From positions 9,392 to 73,391 of the IMG/VR virus record IMGVR_UViG_3300020047_016550: DNA of 64,000 nucleotides; one strand, written 5' to 3'. Origin of the DNA: a virus. Lineage: Duplodnaviria; Caudoviricetes. Below, piece after piece: positions 46,801 to 56,795 of this stretch; positions within the stretch are counted from its first letter, which is position 1, and every line of letters begins with the position of its first letter. The position numbers and the translations under genes were made by a program. The notes under the pieces were generated by a model that was not told where the DNA came from, searched no databases, and worked only from the letters and a program-made list of their open reading frames with translations.

Positions 46801-48883
46801 TCTGGCCCATAAATTCTTTACCGTTATCCGTTTCGGAATACATCTGGTAAAGAGTCTGCATTGTTTCTTCCGCTGTTTCACCGGTGCCCTGTCCAATTTT
46901 TCGGCCTACATAATCATTGACTATTTTCAATGTCGCATTTTCGGAATTTCCTCCAAAAAACTTTACTATTCCGGGAACAAATTTTCCAAGTTTTGTTCTC
47001 TTTGAAAGTGAATCAATAAACTGGGAACCCATTTCACCTGCAACACCGGAACCAAAATTAAGTTCTCCCGCCTGGCGCTCAAAAATTAATCCACCGGTCT
47101 GGTATTCAATTCCCGCTTTTAATATTTTGGCCATTCTTGTATCACTTTCCAATACCCATTTTGCCGCAGTTCCCAATTTCGGAGTTTTGGAAGCAATTGT
47201 TAATCCGGTTTTTGTCAATCCGGCTCCGGTAACCGCCGGCCCGATTATTCCCGTTGTCACGCCTATCATTTCGGCAACGGATTCCGGAGTCCATGATTCA
47301 TAAGGTTTCGAACGTTCGTCAAGCATTTCTTTTACATCCGGGCTGGCAGATGAATAATCGGCTCCGGTAAAAATAAAAGCATCCTGTAAACGGCGCGCGC
47401 GTTCCTGATCCGTTGCTGTTACAATTTTAGAACGGGAACCGACTGATAATTGTAAAGGATCTCCTCCTACGGCAGTATTCCATGCTGCTTTTAAAAATAT
47501 TGCTTCGGGTGATTCAGTTTTCCCGATAATCGGATTTCTGTTGGCCAAAGCCACTGGTGCAAGGTCTTGGATTATTTCAATGTTTTCCTGAAGCTTCATC
47601 CATTTTTCGGTTCCTACCAATTGCCTTAACTGATTTCGGCCATGAAGATATAATTCCGTTAACGGATTTATATCTGAATCTTTTTCATATCCGTTCCAGG
47701 AATTAACCCTGGGATCAATTAATTTTTGAATGTCGGCTTCCGGATATCCAAATTCCTGAAGTATGTCTTTTGACTCCTGATATTTTGACAACATGTATCC
47801 GGTTAACTTTTGACGGTCTGAAAGATTTTCAAAAGGACTGGCCGATAATTTGTATTCTTTTACTTTGTCAGAAGCATATTTTTCGGGATTTAAGAAAAAC
47901 TCTTTCCGGCCTTTAAATTCACTTATTTTTTTATCAATTTCTTTCAGTTTTAATTCTTTTTCTGTTTCGCTGTAATAAGGATGATTAAAGACTTTATCTC
48001 TTTCTGAAGTAAGACTTTGAATTTTTAAATCAATTTCGGAATTGCTTTTTTCAGAAAGGTCTTTGTAATTTTTAAGCTGCGTCGACATTATTTTTTTTGC
48101 CGATTCTATTTTAAGTTTTTCTTCAGAAGTAAGTGAACGTTGTTCTTTTTTTGCTTTTTCTTCTAAAGACAAAGCTTCCCGATAAAAAGGCATGGCCGCT
48201 TCTACTTTTTTAATCGCGCCGAATTCTATTTTTTCGGTTGGGGAAAGAGCATATTCGGCAATATTGTTTACTGTTGTTATTGCATGATCTTTTAATGATG
48301 TTTTTTTGTAAAAAGCATCTTTGGCAAAACCGACGATTCCCATTTTGTAATCATCCATTTCTTCCGGCAACTTAGCTTTTAATGGAGTAACCGTTGGCTT
48401 GTATTCTTGGTAATACGGTTTATTTTTTAAAACTTCTTCTTCTTTTTCTTGTGATTCACGTCTTTCTTTCGCCTGGGCCAATGCCTGTTTGTACATGTCG
48501 TCACGCCATTTAATCATTTCTTCTTCACTGGGTAAGTCAAGAAGGCTTTGATTATTTTTTACGGCAAATTCTATGGCATTTTTTGGATTATCAATTTTGG
48601 CCGTAGTAACGGTTTTTGGCATTACTTTTTTAGAAAACGTTTCAAAGTCCGGAACTTTTGCTTTTCCCGTTTTTGAAATTTCATCATAAAGACCTTTTAC
48701 GAATTCCGGATTTGACAAGTTTTCCTTAAACAGTTTTTCATCAACCTGGGGAAATTTTGACGAAAGATTACGCTTTGAAAAATCAAGTATTTTACCTACA
48801 TAATCTTCATCGTAATCTGACTTATAAGGACCGGGAAACGCCGGCTTATTTACCGGCGGATCTGTTACGTTTTGATTTTCCAT
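43838..48883 (-). CDS. Giant virion cargo/ejection protein (1681 aa)
   Basis: Gly-rich hydrophobic segments mid-protein; directly upstream of vRNAP. Confidence 0.75.
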   Translation of the reverse strand: MENQNVTDPPVNKPAFPGPYKSDYDEDYVGKILDFSKRNLSSKFPQVDEKLFKENLSNPEFVKGLYDEISKTGKAKVPDFETFSKKVMPKTVTTAKIDNPKNAIEFAVKNNQSLLDLPSEEEMIKWRDDMYKQALAQAKERRESQEKEEEVLKNKPYYQEYKPTVTPLKAKLPEEMDDYKMGIVGFAKDAFYKKTSLKDHAITTVNNIAEYALSPTEKIEFGAIKKVEAAMPFYREALSLEEKAKKEQRSLTSEEKLKIESAKKIMSTQLKNYKDLSEKSNSEIDLKIQSLTSERDKVFNHPYYSETEKELKLKEIDKKISEFKGRKEFFLNPEKYASDKVKEYKLSASPFENLSDRQKLTGYMLSKYQESKDILQEFGYPEADIQKLIDPRVNSWNGYEKDSDINPLTELYLHGRNQLRQLVGTEKWMKLQENIEIIQDLAPVALANRNPIIGKTESPEAIFLKAAWNTAVGGDPLQLSVGSRSKIVTATDQERARRLQDAFIFTGADYSSASPDVKEMLDERSKPYESWTPESVAEMIGVTTGIIGPAVTGAGLTKTGLTIASKTPKLGTAAKWVLESDTRMAKILKAGIEYQTGGLIFERQAGELNFGSGVAGEMGSQFIDSLSKRTKLGKFVPGIVKFFGGNSENATLKIVNDYVGRKIGQGTGETAEETMQTLYQMYSETDNGKEFMGQIKQQFGNVSDATFFLAGTFLMGMAMGSSDPDGKKTGTQQAVEETREKRMAMNQEERDKLMEIESVAISGHLQKERAMVKKTMPEVTIDKVENLIETTKKNIADLELLIKTESEKNLPDYDMFKWDIVNGEETISGNGLHGAQEHLKHQKELLAIAGNEIANRDKNANKKPSLKVTAKKAEPETEKTEAEIPETDPFVLADKEKETVKNSQDALAMAINEKVNMESKVKWLANVNPSELEGAEKEIYEAEIEDLAGTEYEIPAYKSSNEISKESKIIPDATSDLPEGSVTRVIKNEVWSNGTLISPGEYMVVPVSKKQKKESSAETVSPEVVPPVVEQTTVDNGGEISPVVSPAETVVGEATVEKQNQGSIINENAVISNSTLSGLTQIENTIGGENEMRTFDTDPRTSADFTYVNFEGEKTTDKKHYRTTGAKYRVFESKNKKQYIQVAMSGSDVFGREGGASVIFELTDNITPEMEQAIFELKSADYKQTDSNVINRDGLSKFKNDVVEILSGKKEIGTKLPAAEAVSTPSTKTSTPAQKTNTETVNTKSSKSKQNQGYKLTSSTKAQIDFENEKIIFTDNQGTEKKSSKHTISHSKKASKIPNMINVWWNNVLTPKTKKQVIEFIEDYNYEISKNAQKNGSRSLKSIIMSNILKTKFKPLKEIKENVTDVSEKKWFSEKGVKIDTFVSDYLLEELRSEGHSGYDEQDVIDLIIETVNEFPSGITKKNIEEENNRTDLTKEIEDLRINFSEKFGLDIDAVNDYYQNLGKKESLPESKQKIKGKTDIEKHNALSHANRFKTTVKKLADVFQKTGKRQYKMEVKALAQKNGETRIAVVDNSGRELQMVSYKLPKKYKDLKPGESLPVTLNYVPKNEWNRFDEAKRKDGTPYGDKIEVRDPAGKLVSNISEGLGSRKITENGRLQTKTKNPQTGSVIETETDPTLTKEEKIDIRFERMIEQAKTEKKEIARKKQEIIANIDNKRNPCSL

Positions 48884-48885
48884 GT

Positions 48886-50484
48886 TTATTGAGTTAAATC
48901 TTCTTGATTTCCTTGATTGTTTATGTAATTGGGAGTATAAATACTTGGAGAGTTTTGTTTATTTTTTTCAGAAGATTGTTTTCCGTTATTTTGATTTCCG
49001 GCATTACTTTCAATAATTATCTCCGTATCCGGTAATCCGTATTGGGGAGTTGTTATTGCTGCTTTTTGTCCGATAAATTGTTTTTCATAACTCATTACCG
49101 AATTATTGGTTTCATTCCCCTGAAAATAAACAACCGCATTACCCGATAAAAATTGTTGTTTCATTAATTCTTCTGCTTCTACAATACTTTTTACTCCGAA
49201 AGCCTGTTGATATTGCTGCATATTTTGAAAGCCTAATGCGTCAAGAAATGACTTTCTGATTGAAGGCTCAATTTCTGCCGTGGCTGAATAACCTAAATAT
49301 AATTTTCCGTCCGGCCCTTTAAATCCTTGGTCATTAAAACGCAAAATCGGAATTGATTTTGTAGTAGCCGGAGTAGTTATCGGATATAATTTTTTTTGTC
49401 CGTCAGGCATTGTAACCTGAATAAATCCTTTCTGGTTTGGCATTACGGTATATTGTCCGTTTTGGCCTTTTGGTAAATTATTAAATACGCTTAATTCTTT
49501 TCCATTTATCGTTGATAAAGGTTGTTTACTTAAAATGTTTGTAAAATATGGATAAACACCTCCTTCGTTTTCTCCTTTTTTTGCCTGCATTGCAAGCTGG
49601 GCTTTCAACCCCCAGTTATCGTCTTTTGAATATTTATAATCGGTAAACGGCAATAATTTATCAGTAAGATAATTCATTTTTGCCATTTCTTCATTACCGT
49701 ATTGATTTATTAAAAGTTCTTTTAATTCAGGATTTTCATCTTTCCACAATTTTTCCCATTTAAAACGGTTATTGCTTTTTAAAGCCGTTGACATGGCTTC
49801 CATTGCGTCTTCCCTTGTTACTTGTACTTCTTGGATTTTAGTTCCTTTGATATCTTTTGTTATATCATTTGAACCTACTGTTCCCGCAATTTTAGCCAAT
49901 TCTCCTTCGTAATTGAAATTATCTATACCCATAAAAGTAAATTCTTTTATAAGTTTTTCAGGGCCTTTTACCATATTGCCGGCTTCATCATAAACAGGTT
50001 GGGTATATTGTTCCCCGTCAGTGTTTCCGTATTTACGGTAATTTTCAACCTGCGTAAAGTAAGACTGGATATCCGGATCGTCTTTCATTTCGGGATTTTT
50101 GGCAATAAAATCCTGTAATGCTTTCGCTTCGGCATCAAATCTTGTGGCCCTCCGGATTATGTCGTTGTTCTGAAGCTCATTTGTCATCTGTTTATATTGC
50201 ATGTAAGCCATCGGGTCTGTTTGCCAGTTGGGATTGGAAAGAATATGTTCACCGATTTTTTTTACCGTTTCGATTGAATAGTTTTTCAGTTCTCCCGCAT
50301 CGTATTCATTGTTGACGTTGGCAAATTTTAAATCATCTGCCATCATTTTAACTTTTGCCGCGGCATCTGCCTGTTGGCGCCTTTGTGATTCAGCCTGCTG
50401 CTGGCGCATACCGAATGCGGCATTCCAGTCATGTTTATATGCCAGTCCGACTTTACCGCCGAATTCTAAAATTGGTTCTGCCAT
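48886..50484 (-). CDS. Virion cargo protein (532 aa)
   Basis: Helical, Gln-rich N-terminus, no Cys; synteny. Confidence 0.65.
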   Translation of the reverse strand: MAEPILEFGGKVGLAYKHDWNAAFGMRQQQAESQRRQQADAAAKVKMMADDLKFANVNNEYDAGELKNYSIETVKKIGEHILSNPNWQTDPMAYMQYKQMTNELQNNDIIRRATRFDAEAKALQDFIAKNPEMKDDPDIQSYFTQVENYRKYGNTDGEQYTQPVYDEAGNMVKGPEKLIKEFTFMGIDNFNYEGELAKIAGTVGSNDITKDIKGTKIQEVQVTREDAMEAMSTALKSNNRFKWEKLWKDENPELKELLINQYGNEEMAKMNYLTDKLLPFTDYKYSKDDNWGLKAQLAMQAKKGENEGGVYPYFTNILSKQPLSTINGKELSVFNNLPKGQNGQYTVMPNQKGFIQVTMPDGQKKLYPITTPATTKSIPILRFNDQGFKGPDGKLYLGYSATAEIEPSIRKSFLDALGFQNMQQYQQAFGVKSIVEAEELMKQQFLSGNAVVYFQGNETNNSVMSYEKQFIGQKAAITTPQYGLPDTEIIIESNAGNQNNGKQSSEKNKQNSPSIYTPNYINNQGNQEDLTQ

Positions 50485-50490
50485 GGATTA

Positions 50491-52419
50491 TTATTTTGTC
50501 AAAGATTCTAAATATTTTTTCATTTGAAGATCAAATGCTTCTTTGTCTTTTTCTTCGGTTCCCATAATGTCACGCATCTGTTTGTTTCCGACAAAATTGT
50601 GAATTCCGGCCCCAATCAGCTCCGCATTTGCTCCCTGGTTTTGTTGGAAAGCCTGTAATTTTTCCTGTTGTATTTGCTGGAATACCGAAGCTTTAGCTTG
50701 TGCAAGACTGTCAGTTCTTGATTTGTTTCCCATCATTATCTGGTTGTCTTTTGCTTCAGCTTCCAAAACTGCCCTTACCGCATCGGAATTGGCAGCTCTC
50801 TGTCCAGATATCGCAAGGGCCGCGTTTCCCCCTGAAAGATTTCTTGCTGTTTCATTTCCTGCAATACGGTTTGCTTCAATGGCATTTAAAACGACATCTT
50901 TTTGCTCGGGAGTAAATCCCCGGTTGTCAAACCTTTTGGCATCTTCAAGCCTGGCAGTTAAATCAGGATCAACTTTAGATTCCGGTCTTTTCCCTTCCAA
51001 TATCTGATTGGCCAGTCCAAATCCCAGCTGGGCCAAACTTAATGCTCCCGTAGTTCCTCCGAATGCATCAATTATTTTTTGGCCCGTAGTGTTTTGTTCC
51101 GGTGGTTTTACTTCTGAAGTTCCGGGAACATTTGTGGCTTCAACTATGCTTTTGTTGTTTTCGTTCCGCGAAGGATCATTCGCTTTTTTTTCATAGACAC
51201 TTGATTTTTCGTAATCCGCGTTTTCGGAAAAACCGAAAAATTCTTTTGAATTGGAAAGTTTCATGATAATGTTGGGGTCAACATTTTTGTACCATTCTTT
51301 TCCGTATCCTTCAACTTCACTCATGTATTTGTCAAATGCTTCCGCATCCCCAACACCAATTTCTTTAGCTTTTTTAACCCCGCCTCCGTCACTTAATCTG
51401 TTTGTTGAGTAGTTGGAGTATTCTTCGGAAGTAAGAAGCGCATTGAGCTCATTTTCGGTTATGTCATCAGCCCAGTCTTCTCCTATCACCGTTGAAAGGT
51501 AATTGTCTGAATCCGCATTGACAAGAGCTGAAATTTCAGGAGATTTTATCCCCGCTAAAAACTTCTCGGTTGAAGGTCGTAGTTTTTGTTTTGAATCAGG
51601 GGCAAGATTATCAAGGTTTATTCCTTTCTGTTCAATTTTTCTTACTTCGTCCGGAACAAAAACATGCTCGTTTTTTGATACGGCAACCGGTTCTCCTTTT
51701 GATAACTCAGCTTCTTTTTTTGGATTTTCACCTAAAACGGCTTTTCTTATTTTTTCCGCTTTTTCAGCGTTTTCTGCCGGAACCACAAATGAACCTTCGG
51801 GAAGCGCACCTTTTACGCTGTCACTTTTTTCGGTTCCCGGACCTTTGACTTTTCCCCCTTCGGCCAAATCATTCCAGTTAAATGTTTTATTCGGCCCGGC
51901 TCCGCTTTCCTGAAGTGCGGCAGCATCGGCCGTGTCTTCTTTAAAATACTCTTCTTTTAATTTTTTGTTCGTGGACGCTGATTTTATTCCTCCCACGCCG
52001 GCTCCCACCGCCATACCGATTATTGTACCGATAGGGCCGAATGCTCCGCCGATCTGACTTCCGATACCGGCACCTTTACCTACCGAAGCCATTGAATTAG
52101 CCCCGGTGGTAGTTCGGCCACGTTCATCTTTTTTCATGTCGTTTTTTGCAATATCCTGAAACATGGGCCCGATTCCGGAAACCGCATTTCCGGCTCCCGT
52201 TAAAAATTCACCGGTTTTGTTTTGGTTTTCAGTTTCAGGCTGTGCCGCGGCCGCAATGTTTAAATTGTCATTATCCGTTTGGGCATCATAACCTAAACCC
52301 GTCAAGTAGTTTTGCTTGCCGGTGTCGTCAAGGTTATTCAAAGTTTCAACTTGTTCCGGAGTAAGTCCTTCAGGATAATTCCATCCCCCGTTTGCTAATT
52401 TTTTATACTTTTTTATCAT
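50491..52419 (-). CDS. Virion cargo/ejection protein (642 aa)
   Basis: Gly-zipper GAGIGSQIGGAFGPIGTIIGMAVGAG; GG.V.GPGT..SDS.....EGSFVVPA motif. Confidence 0.7.
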   Translation of the reverse strand: MIKKYKKLANGGWNYPEGLTPEQVETLNNLDDTGKQNYLTGLGYDAQTDNDNLNIAAAAQPETENQNKTGEFLTGAGNAVSGIGPMFQDIAKNDMKKDERGRTTTGANSMASVGKGAGIGSQIGGAFGPIGTIIGMAVGAGVGGIKSASTNKKLKEEYFKEDTADAAALQESGAGPNKTFNWNDLAEGGKVKGPGTEKSDSVKGALPEGSFVVPAENAEKAEKIRKAVLGENPKKEAELSKGEPVAVSKNEHVFVPDEVRKIEQKGINLDNLAPDSKQKLRPSTEKFLAGIKSPEISALVNADSDNYLSTVIGEDWADDITENELNALLTSEEYSNYSTNRLSDGGGVKKAKEIGVGDAEAFDKYMSEVEGYGKEWYKNVDPNIIMKLSNSKEFFGFSENADYEKSSVYEKKANDPSRNENNKSIVEATNVPGTSEVKPPEQNTTGQKIIDAFGGTTGALSLAQLGFGLANQILEGKRPESKVDPDLTARLEDAKRFDNRGFTPEQKDVVLNAIEANRIAGNETARNLSGGNAALAISGQRAANSDAVRAVLEAEAKDNQIMMGNKSRTDSLAQAKASVFQQIQQEKLQAFQQNQGANAELIGAGIHNFVGNKQMRDIMGTEEKDKEAFDLQMKKYLESLTK

Positions 52420-55400
52420 TGGGCGTCACGTATTTCTGAAATCAAAGATACAATTTTAACCGGGCTGTTGTCAGATACCGTAGGATCGGTCACATAGTTT
52501 TTTCTTCGAAATAAAAACCTGAACCATGTGCCTATCAAATATGCTTTTGTCGTATTGTTTAACGGAATATTAAAATACCATTTTGTATCACGGTATTCAT
52601 ATTCTTTGTTTATAAGTGAATTAATGTCAGCATCCAATCCAAATTCTGTATTAGGATCTTCAACCCTTAACGACGTAAAAAAGAATCTGTTTCCGACGAT
52701 TTCACAATGATCCAAGAATTTATCGGTTTCATTTTGGTCATTAAGAATAAACTGGATATTGTTTTCATAAACAACACCGTGAAATTTACATATCGGTCCC
52801 CGGAACATCAATTCAATATCATTTGAACTCTGGACTTTTTTCCAGTGCACGGGATCTAATTCAGGGGATACCGGAATTCCTAATGTAGAAAATGATTCTA
52901 TACACACGTAAATATCGTAGACGGATGTTTCCGGATAAGTTACGTTGTCAATTACGGCAACAAGTGATTCTCCGATAAAATAAGAAGTGTTCGGCTGTAT
53001 CGTGTTTTCTATTCCCGAATAAGAACAATAACCGTGTATTCCGTTATCTCCGTACAAAGGAGCCAAAAATGAATACCTGGTTGAGATATTCTTATTAAGC
53101 CAGTCAAAAGATATTGCCCTGTATGAAGACTGCTGTGAAGATTTTAACACAAAAATGCTTTCTCTTCTTCTTCTGTCAAAATAAGCATAAATACCTTTTT
53201 TAAATGAAGTGCTGTCGCCTTTATTCAGTTCTCCGGAAATGGCATTAAAGAAATTATTAATGTATGCTTTTCCTGAACTTATTTCCTGTGGCTTTCCGTT
53301 TATCGGCATAAAAAGCATAGTTCGGTGTCTTGCATCAATCCAGGCCCATCCGTCCGGCGTATCCGATATGCCGAATGTATGTTGGGAACCGAACATTTTT
53401 TCTATTTCTTCATAAAAACTCATTACGCCGGTAGTTCCCAATATCGTAGGCGTTCCGCTTTGGCCGGTTATGGTTTGTCTTTCGGTAATGGTAATGTAAC
53501 CCACACATCCGTCTTCCTGCCAATAATAAAGCCTTCCCGCTGCCGTACGTACATTTGCTATCGGCCCGAATGAACCTGTTACGTCAAGATACTGGCCTAC
53601 TGGAAATTTTCTGAAATTATCAATCCTTTCTCCGGATATTTTAATTTTTGAATAAAGCGCCCTGTAACGGAACTCATTAATGTTTTGGTAATTTACGGGA
53701 AGGGCCGGAAAAGTTTGTTCAATATCTTCACCCGAATATCCGTAATTGTAAAGAAAGTCTTCCGGTTGCTGCGGATTTAAAAATGATACACCGTTATCAT
53801 TTACTCCGGGCAAATAACTCCAGTCTTTGGTAAATGTACGGCCGCGTCTTAAATTAGTGTTTATGGTAGACTGACAGGGAAATATTACTCCTGAAGCTAT
53901 TGATTGTTCCTGGTAATGTTTTGACTGCGTAAAATCAAAAAAGTTTACAAAAGTATCTCCGCCAAAAACCTGGATGCCGTCTGCTATTCCGGAATTGCCG
54001 TTAAGGTAAGTCAAAAATGCGCTATCAAAAGCCTGAAAATGTCCGGTAAAAATATATGGAGTATTGGCCTTTGCCTGTTCAGTATTGCCGCCATATAAAT
54101 TTCCTTTTCTTCTTACCCATGAAACAAGAGGTCTCATGGGTCTTCTTCCGGGTAAAGTACCATCACTGTACTGTGACTCTATTTCTCCAAGCTGCATAGT
54201 GAAATATCCAAATCCTAAACGATAGTCAGACGGTGATGAAAGTTGTCCTTCGCTGTTTCCGGTTAAAACGATCATTCCTTTATTGGCAACACCTTTGTTG
54301 GCCGGCGCTGCACGGTAAAGACTAAATGAATAAACTTCACTCGGAGCCGGAAAGCTTTCAAATGTATTAGGATCGGCATTGAAAGGTCTTGCATACTGAA
54401 TGTCCGGTATCAACTGGGAAGTTCCTTTAGGAGTAGGAACGCACGGATAATTTATGCCTCCTATTACAAAATTGTTTGATACTGCCGATTCATCATTTGA
54501 CTGGTACATTTTACTGTATGCCGCAAAATGGGATGTTGAAGGCGCAATATCAGTCAGATAAAAATGATCCCGGCCGGGAACACCGGAATCATAAGGCCCG
54601 AATTCCGATAAATATTCGGTAATTTTTATTTCATCACCCTGCTCAGGATTAAATTTACCTCCGTCGTCAAGAAGTTGGTCGGGAGAATACCAGGCGTAAA
54701 TGAAATTTTTTCTTTGTACGGTCTGGCCTGGATTAGTTTGGTTTGTTACGGGTAATATTTCCGGATAGACTTTGATTGCATTAATCACCTGCGTACTGTC
54801 CTGAAGTGTTGTTCCGTCTCCACCCCTCGTCCATGGGTCTGATTCCTGTACGGTCATACACCATAATCCTTCCGCAATTATTTCTTTGTCCCTCGGAGCT
54901 CTTACTATTGAAAATCCGCTGAAATATTTTCCCAAGTCTGTAATAGGAATACCAAGTTCTGAAGCGATTCCTGAAAAATCAATGCCGTCAAATTCTACTC
55001 CTACATGACGTAAATACCATTCATCCGTATTTGTATCACGGGGAATGGCCAGGCTTCCGTCAAAACCGTAAGGTTGGCCCGTATCCGGATCAATATCAGA
55101 TGCCACTGCGCGCGTCGGAATTATTTTTTTGTCTTTGGCCCATCTTACAAACATCGGATTACCCTGAATACTCCATAATAAAGTACCGTAACGATAAGTT
55201 TCTTCACGCCATTTTGATTTCATGTACTTATTCATGGCCATTCCTTTATTGTCCATGTAATCGCTTAAAATCTCAATGTCTTTATAAACAGAACCATATT
55301 TTTTAATGCGTATCACTGGAATGACAACCGCGGTTCCCGTAAATGAATTTGAAGCCGGAACGCCTTGAAACACATCGCCGGCATTGTAAACCGTGGCATT

Positions 55401-56795
55401 ATATGTAATGGTTCCAGACTTTACTTTATACCATTGGAAAGCATATATAAAAGAAACTCCCGATGAAGGAGCATAATCCGTTCCGTGTATGTTTGAAGTA
55501 TTATGGTTGTCACCGGTTGCATCTCCGATATGACCTCTTGAATCTCCGGGAAAAAGATATTCAATACATTTTACCGTAACGTTGCTGTTATCGGTTCCGT
55601 AATCTTTTTCCGTAGTTATGTTTGCCGGCAAATTCAAATTGTCTTCAAATCCAAAGTCCCTTACCGTTTTTAAATTGAGACCTATTGTAATAAGTTCTCC
55701 GAATTGCACGAATTCACCCTGGTTTGTAACCAGATCCACTTCCATTGATGTTCCGGTAACCGCGCCTTCAAAAAATATGAACGGAACTTCTTTTGCAATT
55801 GCAGAAATATACCTTACAGCGGCAACACGTATTTTTTGGTAATTGGTATCAATTTCTTCAATTTTAAAACGCAAACCTTTATTTGTCTGTTCTGAAACCA
55901 ATCCTCCCTGATACTGGCCCCAGTTTACATTCCCGGAAGTAGGATTTATTCCTATCCCTATTGCCGGCGTATTCATTCCCGCTATCGAATACCATCCGGA
56001 GCTTCCTCCGTCGTCTGTTAGAAGCTGGTAAAATATTTCATAAGAACCGGAATAAAGGTTTCCGGGTATGTAAGTAAGAAAATCAATGGTGCCTAATTTT
56101 ACTATAGGAACCCAGTCAAGAATTTCAGGAGCCACATATTCTATTACTTTTGGAACTACTGCTCCTATTTGTGTATATGTAGCTGAAGAAGCAACAAAAT
56201 CAGTTGAAGAAAAATGCGTTCCGTAAGAATTAAATCCATGTGTAATATCTCCGTAAACAACCATGTAGCGCCTACCAGGAACAAGTGAACCGGAAGCAAT
56301 GTTAGTCGAATAAACAGGATTAAAAATATTGAAAGCTTTTGGCGGTACGTTATTGTCCGTAATGTAAAGCCTTCCCGTTTTGGAATTTTCAAAATAGAAC
56401 ATTCCCTTAATCATGTTTTTAATGCTCCATTTAAGATCCTGGGAGTTATACAAAGATTCATAAGAACTGATAAAACCGGTATCCTGATTTATGGTTGCAA
56501 TCCCTATTTCTCCATGGCCTCCGTCTCCTGATGAAATACCGGGTCTGTGATTTGTTGAACATATAATGAGTTTGTTCAGATAAGAAACAAACATAATGGG
56601 TTCATATCCGGCGCTGATTTTTAATGAACCGTTTTCATACGCCGGCAAAGTTCCTTCGGCAGCATTTCTTGACTGCTGTATGTTACTGTTTGATACAATA
56701 GGCATATTTAATGCGTCTTCTATTGCATTTGCCGGCTGTAAATTAGGATCTATGTCGCCGATTAAAGGCCCGTTAAAATTCTTTTTTACTTTCAT
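52416..56795 (-). CDS. Tail stabilisation / muzzle protein
   Basis: 1459 aa beta-rich; YEIFYQL, ETYRYG..L, FGGDTF motifs; synteny with crAss-like muzzle. Confidence 0.75.
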   Translation of the reverse strand: MKVKKNFNGPLIGDIDPNLQPANAIEDALNMPIVSNSNIQQSRNAAEGTLPAYENGSLKISAGYEPIMFVSYLNKLIICSTNHRPGISSGDGGHGEIGIATINQDTGFISSYESLYNSQDLKWSIKNMIKGMFYFENSKTGRLYITDNNVPPKAFNIFNPVYSTNIASGSLVPGRRYMVVYGDITHGFNSYGTHFSSTDFVASSATYTQIGAVVPKVIEYVAPEILDWVPIVKLGTIDFLTYIPGNLYSGSYEIFYQLLTDDGGSSGWYSIAGMNTPAIGIGINPTSGNVNWGQYQGGLVSEQTNKGLRFKIEEIDTNYQKIRVAAVRYISAIAKEVPFIFFEGAVTGTSMEVDLVTNQGEFVQFGELITIGLNLKTVRDFGFEDNLNLPANITTEKDYGTDNSNVTVKCIEYLFPGDSRGHIGDATGDNHNTSNIHGTDYAPSSGVSFIYAFQWYKVKSGTITYNATVYNAGDVFQGVPASNSFTGTAVVIPVIRIKKYGSVYKDIEILSDYMDNKGMAMNKYMKSKWREETYRYGTLLWSIQGNPMFVRWAKDKKIIPTRAVASDIDPDTGQPYGFDGSLAIPRDTNTDEWYLRHVGVEFDGIDFSGIASELGIPITDLGKYFSGFSIVRAPRDKEIIAEGLWCMTVQESDPWTRGGDGTTLQDSTQVINAIKVYPEILPVTNQTNPGQTVQRKNFIYAWYSPDQLLDDGGKFNPEQGDEIKITEYLSEFGPYDSGVPGRDHFYLTDIAPSTSHFAAYSKMYQSNDESAVSNNFVIGGINYPCVPTPKGTSQLIPDIQYARPFNADPNTFESFPAPSEVYSFSLYRAAPANKGVANKGMIVLTGNSEGQLSSPSDYRLGFGYFTMQLGEIESQYSDGTLPGRRPMRPLVSWVRRKGNLYGGNTEQAKANTPYIFTGHFQAFDSAFLTYLNGNSGIADGIQVFGGDTFVNFFDFTQSKHYQEQSIASGVIFPCQSTINTNLRRGRTFTKDWSYLPGVNDNGVSFLNPQQPEDFLYNYGYSGEDIEQTFPALPVNYQNINEFRYRALYSKIKISGERIDNFRKFPVGQYLDVTGSFGPIANVRTAAGRLYYWQEDGCVGYITITERQTITGQSGTPTILGTTGVMSFYEEIEKMFGSQHTFGISDTPDGWAWIDARHRTMLFMPINGKPQEISSGKAYINNFFNAISGELNKGDSTSFKKGIYAYFDRRRRESIFVLKSSQQSSYRAISFDWLNKNISTRYSFLAPLYGDNGIHGYCSYSGIENTIQPNTSYFIGESLVAVIDNVTYPETSVYDIYVCIESFSTLGIPVSPELDPVHWKKVQSSNDIELMFRGPICKFHGVVYENNIQFILNDQNETDKFLDHCEIVGNRFFFTSLRVEDPNTEFGLDADINSLINKEYEYRDTKWYFNIPLNNTTKAYLIGTWFRFLFRRKNYVTDPTVSDNSPVKIVSLISEIRDAQ

